Of a DNA stretch of 64,000 bases, positions 12,599 through 23,400 are shown piece after piece. The stretch comes from Nemertoderma westbladi. Taxonomy: Eukaryota; Animalia; Xenacoelomorpha. A program made the position numbers and the translations under genes. Every line of letters begins with the position of its first letter. Within the stretch, counting starts at the first letter, position 1. Under the pieces are notes generated by a model. It did no database searches. It was not told the origin of the DNA and saw nothing but the letters and a program-made list of their open reading frames with translations. The DNA is taken from NCBI GenBank assembly GCA_032718475.1, contig JAUCBJ010002054.1, positions 10,877 to 74,876 of the forward strand. The letters run 5' to 3'.

Positions 12599-13191
12599 GT
12601 TTGTACATTATGTATATTTGTTACTAGTATTCAAGTCCATAAAATGTCTTTATCCTAAAACTGTTCATAGGTTAATGATTAAGTCGCACAGTCAGCACAT
12701 CGCAGCTCCTCAACTCCCACTATAGTGCTGTACTGCACAACATGTACAGCATTTTGTTTACAGTACCTACATTACAACTACCTTACAAACAGGTTGTCAG
12801 TAGTAATGTACCACGATTGGTTGGGTCAGCAGTAACATTACTTACATTGTATAGTATACAGTAGGTTGTAGGAGGCAAATAATGAGTGAAAGATGATCTT
12901 TGAAGTTTCTGTATGGCTCAGTGCCGGAAACAAATAACATAGAGCTACAACTGAAGTGCATGAAATGGTAAGCCACGCCTCATAATTGCGATATATATTC
13001 CTATCCATATATCCAGAATATTTATATCATTTTCATGCGTTAAAAATACGATATTACTTTAATATACAGTATTTTATTTGACAGAAATAAATATTGGATT
13101 TCTTACAAACACACATACTGAATTGGACATTCTACCATTGGAGGTTTTATGGTGCTGAATAATTATTAACTGCCGGTAAAATACTTTAAAA

Positions 13192-13749
13192 ATGGCTGAA
13201 ATAGAGATGTCTAGGGGAGAATTTGCCATGTTGTGGTTCGCCATACTAAATATGTTGGTTTTAATGGTAACCTACCTATTCGTTATTGCACGACTTTCGG
13301 ACCTTGACGAAAATTCAATGCACAACTCGTCTGCAGTCCGTCGAATCAATAGGTTAGCCGATTACCAGGTGATATCGCATGCTCTGGTGCTGATTGGTCT
13401 AGCGGTCTATAAGCGCTATTGGCTTCTACTGGTTAACAGCCCCGTCTTCGTTTGGGAACTATACGAACTGTGGTCTGTTCCAAAGCGTAATCATGGACCT
13501 TACTCCACATTCAACCTTACAGAAGATCGCATTCTAACCTACATGCGAAACAACGCAATAAAGTTGGTATTTTCTATTGTAATTCTCGTTGTCTACATAT
13601 GCTGTCTCATTTTGGATACTGGCCACGGAAATGCGCTGAATCACGCTGCCTTTATCCACGACTACTACGGCGGAATCAGTCATCATAGGTTCCAAGAAAA
13701 CCCAGGGGATACTGAACATTTGAAGATTCTTCAACCATCTGTTAAATAA
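13192..13749 (+). CDS. Cornichon family protein (divergent CNIH4-like), intronless ORF
   Basis: Hydrophobic helices with the cornichon pattern LSDL..., LLLVNSPV..W..Y....VP..N.G.Y, M....IKL.F; ~40-aa C-terminal extension. Confidence 0.8.
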   Translation: MAEIEMSRGEFAMLWFAILNMLVLMVTYLFVIARLSDLDENSMHNSSAVRRINRLADYQVISHALVLIGLAVYKRYWLLLVNSPVFVWELYELWSVPKRNHGPYSTFNLTEDRILTYMRNNAIKLVFSIVILVVYICCLILDTGHGNALNHAAFIHDYYGGISHHRFQENPGDTEHLKILQPSVK

Positions 13750-14079
13750 CTCAAAATTATTTGTTAACAATATCAAATAACAGCAACAATTGAAATTGAA
13801 AATATATTTACTTGTTTCGGTGTTCACCCACCTTTTTGTAAACGTGAACAATTCTGCCCTCCTAATTCTAATAATTCATAATTATTGCACATCATTCTGA
13901 AAAAACTAGTGGCTCATAATAGTACAATAAATTGGCCTATAATTACGGAAAAATTGCACAAAACGGATTTTTGTAATTTTAACCATCCCATTGTCTCGTT
14001 TATCATTGCTATAGTATATTGCATTGAGTTACCATTATTAGAGGGAAGTCCTATTGTATACGCCCAAATTAACTCGCAT

Positions 14080-17062
14080 GTGTATCCTTGTCTGTGCCGC
14101 TATAATGAACCGGATACACCCCATGTTCCCATATACTTGGCTGCAGGGGTATATGGCCTGGCCAGGCAGATGGTGATCTACCAATGGCTGGTCCGGAGTG
14201 CAGTGTTCTCATGTCCACTCTGAGTGCACTTCACTGCGACCTGCACCTGGCAGCAGGGGTACAGGGCATGACCCAGCAGATGAGCTGCACAGCCAATGGT
14301 GGGTCATGTGCGCCAGAGTAGATATGGGTGATGGGCCTCAATCTGACTCCACTGCGACACCCACCTTGTGGAATGGCAAACCCAGGGTGTGGTATTTGCC
14401 CCGAGAGCTGACTCGGCAAAAAAGCACCCCCCAACCCCCACTATGTAATACATTAGTAATGCGGAGGTCCAGCCACTAGAGGCCAGTGGAATGACTGGAT
14501 GGACACAATCGGCCTCACGGGCGTCAGTTATCTCCTAACAGGCTGCCTGTCTCACCACCTACTGGAGAGAGAGCGGCAAACGATTCTTTGAGTCCCTTTC
14601 CTGATGACCTTTCTGGCCCAAACCCTGGGTCACCAGGGAGGCCAGATTGTGAGGGGCAGAGGGATTCTGGAGTTGGAGGCTACTCTCATGTTCCACCCTG
14701 ACCAACAAAGCCATTGGTGAATCTGAGGCAAGTCACTAGACTAGCCTCAGTACACACCCTAACACTCGGGTCCCCAATGCGACAAGGTGAGCTGACTGCC
14801 TTGGCAGATAAGCTTTCTCTTAGTGCAGTGGGTGTTCAAGAGCACCGAATGCAGACTGGACAGACTGATGAGGTTCTGATTAAGGACATGGGGGCGGTTG
14901 GCGACTCGCCCTCGCTTCAGCAGATGATAGTGGCAATGGTGAAATTTGTCTATTGATGAATCCAACTGCACATGCAGCATTGGACAAAATAGACCAAATC
15001 TCTAACCGCATCATCCGTTGCCACTTCTCATGTTCTGGAAGACTAGCTAAGAAGTTTCCTAAGGTGGTTCTGATTGTGTGCTACTCTACAACTAGTGTTG
15101 CCCCTGTAGAGAAGGTGGAAAATTTCTACCAGAATCTACAAGCAGCTACTGATGGAGTGGATCAGCATGCATTCTTAACATTCCTGGGAGAGTTTAATGC
15201 ATTTCTGCATCAATCACCTACATCGCCCTGGGTCTATAGCAATAGTGTTAACCGAAATTCCGTCCATCTTCAGGATTTTATCTCTGGAAATGGATTGTTT
15301 TCGGCTGGAACCCAATTCAAGAAGCGAACTGGAAAGCTATGGACTCATAGTGGACCCAGTGGTCACAAGTCCCAGATAGACCATATCCTGTTTCGTAGGA
15401 AATACAGGAGCTCTATACAAGACTGTAATGCATTTACACTACGACCCTTCTCCAGTGATCACCGCCTTATTGTGGCCAAGGTAAGACTTAGTCTGCGTGC
15501 TAGAAGAACGACGAAATCTGCCTTGCCGCGGCATGACTGGTCCTCTCTGTTGCAACAGCCAAGTGTGAGATCCAGCTTCACACTACAGCTGAGCAACAGG
15601 TATGAGGTTCTTGCCTCTGAGGCGGCAGATCACTGTGAGGGCTATACTGCCTTCAGCCAGGCAGTAAGTTAGCAGCTGCAGAAACAGTTCCTGTATACCC
15701 CCGAAACAGGAAACGGGCCCCCTGGACTGACAACAAAATTCAGAAGTGCCGAAATAACTTCTACAAGGCGCAGAAAGAGTCCCGACTCAAACAGACTACA
15801 GCGGCCAAGAATGCAGTTAAGGCTGCATCTAGGTCCCTGAACAGGCAGTACTCTGTTAATTTAAAGGAGCTAATAAACCAACAGGTTGATGCCATCAATG
15901 ATGCTGACGACAGCAGGCAATCACCCTATGCATGGAGATCGATCAACTTGCTTGATGGTCGAAAAAGCCAACCAACCACCAAGGTTAAGGCTGAATCACA
16001 AGCCGATCGCCTCAATGGTTGGAAGGCCCACTTTGAAAAGCTCCTCAATAATGACAGGGTATTGCCTGATAACTTTATAGAAGTAAAAGTGTCTGAGTCT
16101 GTACTCCCAGATATTCCCATTGGTGATATCTCCTTTGCAGAAGTGAAGGCTGCTGCAAAGAGCATTAAGACCAATCATGCCAGTGGAGTAGATGGTGTTC
16201 CCCCTGAGGTCTTTAAAATACCTGAGTGTTTAAAGCTTATCTATCCCATCATAGTAGACATGTACCGAACAACAAGAGTCCCACAAGAAATGAAAACAAA
16301 TAAGTTGGTGCCAGTTCCCAAGAAGGGCAATCTAACACTCTATGGTTCTTTTCGGGGAATCTCATTGATCTCGATTGCTGCAAAGCTATACAATATAATT
16401 CTATTAAATCGCATCAGGGATCCCATTGAGAGACTGCTCCGTTGAAATCAGAATGGGTTCTGTAAAGGTCGTGGGACCATGGAGGCTCACGTATGTTCAG
16501 CATACTTTCATTATATGGGATTCCTGATGAAATTATTGCAGCAATCCGATCAGTATACGATGGTTCGATAACATTTGTGTCTACTGTTGACAGTGACACA
16601 GAACCATTTGAAGTGTTATGGGGCGTCCTCCAGGGAGACACACTTGCACCATTCTTGTTCATAATTATTGTTGACTATGTTCTACGCATGTCCTTAGATC
16701 ATCATAATGATGATGGGGTGATGATAACTCCACCCACTGGCTCCAGAAGTCGAGGAAATTCTACCAAGTACCTAACTGATCTAGACTTTGCTGATGACTT
16801 AGGAGTACTCTCAGAATCACTAGAGGGAGCCCAACGGCTCCTCAGCTCATTAGAACATGCTGCTTCTAGTGTTGGTCTTTTTATTAACTCCAGAAAGACC
16901 AAACTTTTGACAGTTAACTTTGAAAGTCCTCAGCAAGTCTCTGATCGGATGAGCATAAGCTCAAAAGATGGTATGCTTGAGCATGTGGATGACTACTGTT
17001 ACCTGGGATCATGGATCCGGAAGTCAGGTGAGGATCTTCGTATACGTAAGGGAAAGGCATGG
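14080..17062 (+). mobile_element. RTE-like non-LTR retrotransposon, 5' part (APE endonuclease + RT), degraded
   Basis: VGVQEHR, LGEFNA, SQIDHIL, SSDHRL endonuclease motifs; KASGVDG-like, FRGISL, GVLQGDTLAPFLF, DFADD RT motifs; stops and frameshifts; 5' boundary approximate. Confidence 0.9.
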
Positions 17063-18298
17063 TGTAAAAGCCTTTGCTGAATTGCCCCGTTATTTTTATT
17101 ATCTTTTACATTAAAATACTCTGTAGTTGATTTAATAAGTGTAAGAGACCGTATTATTGCTGTATCGGTGTTTTTAGAGGATCTAAGACCTATTTCCTCC
17201 GTATGTGTACTGTGAAAGGCATATTTTATGATTCTATGGCAATTCGTGACGCAAAGGGGTGATAGCTACTCTTGAACAGTAGTTACTATGACTACGGTTA
17301 ACAGCTGACATTCATACGTGTTGATTTCCTTTGTTCTACGGCGTCTCTCAGTTCAGTCAGCCAATTAGAGCGTTTTTGTGGCTCCTTGTACAGAAAATTT
17401 CCGAGAAATGACGCAATGCCTATGTGCAGTGTTTACATTCAGTCCTGAGCCAAAGAAAGAACGGCTTGGAAGTATTTTGTGCTTTACTGTTTTAGCCGTA
17501 CACTAGTAGGCTTAATCATAAGGACATATATCCGTTATCTAACTTGACTAACCTAACTCAATGCAATCAATGCATACTGCAGTACTGCATACACTGCATA
17601 CTGTGTAACACTGTGCATACTTTATATTGTTATACTGCTATTTGCTGTCTGTACTTCATAATTTGGTTGATGAATTATTATATTTGGAATAACGATAAAT
17701 AACCCCGAAAACCCAATATTCTTGATATACTGAAGGTAAGAGAGAAAGGTTATACATAACGATTGTGACTTATGTTAAAGTGGTTTGAAGTGAATCTAAT
17801 GTTATTTGATAGACCCTACATGAGTCAGTCCGTGTTCCTTTTATATGTAACTAAAATCAGTGAAGATCGGCAGATCAGTGTGCAGTATTGTGCAGCATTG
17901 TGTGCGGGTGATACTGATAACGAAGCATTTCCTAAAGAATGCGCCATATATGTGAATTATAACTAAGCCATATCGTTGTGATTAGTTTAAGTCATAACTC
18001 TGTTTATATAGATAGAGCGCCACGTCCTAAAGGAACTGTTAATATTCCCCGAAAGTGAATAATATTGTCAGAGATTATATAATACTGTCAGTCGAATAAT
18101 ACATTAAGCTTACATAGCACTAAAATTAAGCCGTCGAACCCAATCTCCCGGGAATTATCCAGCGGGTGAATGATCGCGCACAGATTGGTTTCGACTAGTG
18201 TAGTGAATCAAATATTTGTCATCGGCTAAAGTGATTTATTATCTAACAGACATCCTAATTTGGCGGGTTAAACTGCCAAAGGTCTGAAAGCGCGAACA
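17063..18298 (+). repeat. Element A 5' LTR
   Basis: TGTAAAAG...GCGCGAACA; only two differences from the 3' LTR seen by eye. Confidence 0.95.
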
Positions 18299-18583
18299 AT
18301 AACGGATATTGCTTCTTTATTGCAGTAGGCAATAAAGCTGAAGTACCGGCAACCGGTACCCAGTAGGCCTGACTACCTAACCACCCGGACCGGTACCTAC
18401 AGCAGTACAGGTACAGCAGTATTATTCGATTTTGATAATTATATACCGGTAGGCCTTAATAATTAATCAGGGAGGGCCCGCCCTGGTTTTTTATTGAGAT
18501 TTTTACTTATTTCTGTCAAGTTTTATTTGTTTGTAGGCCAGTATTGAACAGAAGGCGTGTAAGCCTGATCAGATTGTACAGAC

Positions 18584-19152
18584 AATTTGTAGGCTGAGCT
18601 GTTGTCTGATTGCTGTTAAGTCTGAACGGATTGCAGTGTGTGTAGATCACCTGTCCGATTAAGTACGATTAGGCAGTAGGGGCAGCGAACGCTGTAAGGT
18701 AAACCCCCAACTAAAGAATAAGTCGCACTACTGGGTTAGAGCGCATACTCCCTAATCATTTCGGAGTCTGCATGTCCTGTAGTTTATTTAGGCTTGAGAG
18801 TAGTCTGCCATCGTTTGGTCTGTACTTTGTTTGTGTAAGTCTGTACGGGTAGCGTATAATTTTATTTAGATAATTTGTAGGCTGGATAGTTGTCTGGCTG
18901 TTATTAGGTCTGAACGGATTGCCGCGTGTGTAGATCATCTGTCCGATTAAGTACGGTTAGGCAGTAGGGGCAGCGAACGCTGTAAGGTAAACCCCCAACT
19001 AAAGAATAAGTCGCACTACTGGGTTAGAGCGCATACTCCCTAATCATTTCGGAGTCTGCATATACCGTAGTTTGTTTAGGCTTGATAGTAGTCTGTCAGT
19101 GTTCGGTCTGTATTTTGTTTGAGTAGTTTGTACGCGTAGCGTAATATTTATT
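18584..19152 (+). repeat. 288-bp tandem duplication in the family-A 5' UTR
   Basis: AAACCCCCAACTAAAGAATAAGTCGCAC at 18701 and 18989; also present in copy B (~60145-60715). Confidence 0.85.
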
Positions 19153-20467
19153 ATTCAGAGTTTATGCGATTATCCGCAACATTCATTCCCCAAGTTTGTT
19201 CCTACAGTAATTGTGTTTGTTATACATACCGCTATAGTTAAATTAACCCCGGTACTACACGGGCTGCTCGGCGTAGGTAAAGACTGGTGATTTTGTGCAT
19301 CGGTCACTCCAGCAGATGCCGTGGTTCTTTTAGCTGTTCAAGTATATTTAACTACTGATTATCTGTTATATAAGTACTCGTACCTAATTTAGGGTTTAGT
19401 GTACAGTACTTTCCGAAGTAATTATTGTAGACATTATATCTGTGTTGTAAAGTGGTTGATAGGCACATTCGATTAGCTCTATTAACTTCTAGGTAGGAAC
19501 ACTCCGTGATACATAACGTAGAACCTATAGCGATACGGCTATAGGTCGTCAGGCGGTGGTATTTTCCTATCTAGACAACGCAGTGTATTTACTACTACTT
19601 ATTATTTCAAATACCGTAGTACCCTGTCCGTTGTAATAACCGGTTATCTAACCCTTTGTTAGGCTGGTTTGTAGACTTCTTGTAAAATTACCCTAAAAAT
19701 TCGTATTTTGTGTTTTTGTAAATTTTTGTGTTTATTTAGAGATTGTAATCTCACCCGAATTGTACGTAATTTGTAGTATTAAGTAACTTAGGTAAATTAG
19801 AATTATTTGTTTTAGTGTCCTATACGTAACACTTCACTAAAAGCGCACCGCTTTGTGTAGTGATTACCCCAGAAATAATAACATTTATTTCAAACATTGA
19901 CTAAACCCATTAAAACGGGTATAAATACATTATAAATCAAATCTAACGATTTATAAATAGTAGGCCTACCATAAAACCATTAGGTCTCAATATCAGTTGG
20001 ATTACTGCTTAAATAACGGTAATAAAGTAAGTTAAAGTAACCAAGTAACCCTAAAGTTCAGAAATTCAATTATTCTAAAATAATTGATATACCGGTATTT
20101 ACGATAGGCCTATTATCTTATTTCTATAAATCTAGGCTGAAATTATACCGGTACTTGTAATTAATTCTATTCCAGAATTATATATACTACAAACTGTAAG
20201 CTGTATACCGGTATTCCGATAGGCCTATTATATATTTATATATATTTGTGCTAAAATTATACCGGTATTCTGTGATAAACATAGTCTGTAATAATACTTA
20301 TATAGTTATATATACTATAAGTATACCGGTATTCTAATATATTATATATATCACGCTACACTGAGTAGCAGTACCGGTAATTAATTACTAGGCTAGCAGT
20401 TAATACTGAGTTATTAGACTTACTCAGACTGTAATACAGCAGTAGACATTCAACGGTATACATAGTC

Positions 20468-23400
20468 ATGTCTGATACTAAGCAGAACCTGTCAGACAGT
20501 TTATTAGATGTAACTATCTGCGACTCAGATAGAGACGTACAACCGTCTGGTCGTAAATCCAGTTCACCTCCCACTGTGAGGAAGGTCATCCCTCCAGTAG
20601 TAATAACAGAACCTAGGCTGGTCCAACATCGTAGGTCTATCATAGGCACTCGAGCTCAGGTCAAGCGGGACCAAAAGGCAGCGGAACAGCAACAACCCGC
20701 TAGTCAAGAACTTATTCCTCAGCGGCCCAGCAGCTCCAGTAGTGAGGATACTGTAGAGCTGACACCCGAGCGCGGAGCAGAGATGACGGATGCGGTTTAT
20801 ACGGATCCCCTTCTCATCCTTCCTGCAGCCGTGCTCGCTGGGTTATTGATCGCGGTGGAAGAACACCAGATCGATTGGGCGAGAAGTCAACGGTCAACTA
20901 GAGATAGTTACGCGGGATACACGAGTGAAGAACTGAAGTCTATTGTCGAGTCGCAATGGAACTTCCCCGGACCCGGACTCCCGTTTGATTTATCAGAAGC
21001 TGCCTGGGAAGACATACACCGGATGGGAGTAGCCAAGGAAACCATCGATCCAGCTGTATGGAAGAGGTCCGCAGCCGGATACGCCCAGGGATTCTTCAGC
21101 TCTATGGAGCGAGTAGAGAGACAACTGTTTCAACAACCTCAAGGACCTCAAGAGCAGGGATCGCTGCTTTATCAAGTTAGAGAAAGAGTTTTGCGGATTA
21201 GGCTAATCTTATCCGCCTTTGAGGAGGCTTCTAAAAGAAGACAAGACACGTCGTTGCAAGTTGCCGTAAAGACTTGGTTTCAAAGGGTGAATCTCCAAGT
21301 TCAAGGAACAGCTCAGTGGAAAGCTCAGCTAGAGGAGCGATCAAACCATGGAGAATCAACAGACGCCACTTTTTCCCAAGTGGAAAGTGAAGCGACGGCA
21401 GAGAAACCACATAAGAGGGATGCCATTGACATCTATCTGTCAGACTATCAGCGTTTTTTAGGTGATGACGAGTTGAGGAGAAGGTTAGAGGGACTTAGCC
21501 CTAATAGCGAAGGAACCAAGCTTGTGTTGGATGCCATCGATGTGGAAATGAGGGCTGCGAATCAGGCTAAATTTGATGAACAACTCCGCCTGACACGAGT
21601 CCAAGAAGAACAAGTAAAGAAAAAACGTATAGAAGACAGAAAGAAAGCAGCAGTGGTAGCTGCAGAAGCAGAAAGAAAATTGGCAGCGGCAGAGGCAGCA
21701 GCAGAGGCAAAAGCGGCAGCGGCAGCGGCAGAGGCAAAGGCGGCAGAGGCAGCAGCAGAGGCAAAAGCGGCAGCGGCAGCGGCAGAGGCAAAGGCGGCAG
21801 AGGCAGCGGCAGAGGCAGAGGCAAAGGCGGCAGAGGCAGCAGCAGAAGCAAAGGCGACCTTGGCAGAAGCAGCAGCTGAAAGAAAGGCGGTAGAGGCAGT
21901 GGCAGAAGCAGAACGGAGAGCGACTGAAGAAACCACCCAGTTAGAATTGGAAAACATTCAGGAGAATCAAGACTGCATAAATAAACAGTTAACGGCTAGC
22001 AATATGCAGATGATGGATCGATCTACTCCCAAAAGACAGGGATATACATCATCGGAGGAAGGCGATACCACCGATACTGAAGGCAAAGGAAATAGATCTC
22101 GTCTAAGCAGACGTAAAAGAACATTCCACCGTCAGAAATTGCCTGATTTGCCTCCAGCTGTTAGAAGGCAACTAAATAACACCAACTTAGGTAGTACAGA
22201 GCCCACAGACCAAATAATTAAAATAGAAAGACTCCCTACTATAGTAGATGAGCCTGAAATAATTAGGCCTGTTCTTGAAATCACCCCATCGGTAATAGAT
22301 ACACCTGTGCTCCCTGAAGCTACCTATAAATTCCCTCTGCATAGCACTAAGCTACCTGTGCCCCGTAGAACTGCCCCAGAGACAGTTCAGGTCCTGGACC
22401 CCGAGCGAAATATTCATAATTTGTCGCCCGTTGTCCCTCGTCCGCCCGCTACAACGTTGGCGACTCCCGCTTCGGCGGTCGAATGGGTGGACGAGAGACG
22501 GCGGGGGATGGATATCCTGCTCGGGCAGATGCAGGAGACTGTCCAGCAATTCAAGGGCACAGTAAGGGAAAGTAGGCTAGAGTTGCAAGAAGTGCAGCAA
22601 AGTATCGCGCTTGAACGCGATAAATTAGTAAATACCCAAAAGGGTATACCACCACCCTCTGTAACAATGTGTCAACCTGTTAGGTCTGAAGTATTGCATG
22701 CGCAAGGTGTGGAGCCTACACGCATATATACTGCTAGCGAAGTAGAAACTCCTATAGTGAACCCTATTAAGGGTAATTATAGACCTGTTGATAATGATAT
22801 TCCCTATAGAACTGATCATAATCCGAGAAATTTATATACCGATAACTCGATATTAAATAGCACGATGGCCCAAGAAAGTTTTACGCGTCAAATGGCTAGA
22901 ACCGAAGCCCGGCAAGCGGTAAAGGTTGGAGAGATCGTTAAGTTCAATGGAGATGAGATGAAATGGTTACCTTTTAATGAATATTACAAAGATAACATAC
23001 AGAACTCTGTACTATCTAATGGAGAAAAACTTAGATACCTCATCGAGTGCTTGGAAGGATCTCCCAAGTTAATGGCGTTAAGGTTTATTGGACATCCAGA
23101 CGGATTAAGACAAGTTTGGGATACACTAAACATCAGGTATGGTAATAGGAATAACATAGCTGGGTATTTGTATGCAAAGTTGGTAGCGCCCCGAAAGTTT
23201 ATTAGCAGCGGGATTATAGAGTTTTCCGATGAAATTCAGGAGATCTGCAGACAATTAGATTGGCTAGGTAAGTCTCATGAGTATCAGAGTGCTATGGTTA
23301 TTAGAGCAGTGGCTTCTACTTTACCGAAGGGTGGAGTAGGTACACGCTGGGATAAGAAAGTGTTATATATGATGGAACAACAACGACGAGACCCTACCAT

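Noticed and set aside
14300-14520. HDV-like ribozyme in the LINE 5' UTR
   Set aside because: RTE elements often carry one and the region is GC-rich, but I could not build the nested double pseudoknot by eye; needs an RNArobo/Infernal search.
17772-17966. 64-aa ORF repeated in family-A LTRs
   Set aside because: Recurrence reflects LTR identity; the frame is broken in the diverged LTR at ~994-1180; no recognisable motif.
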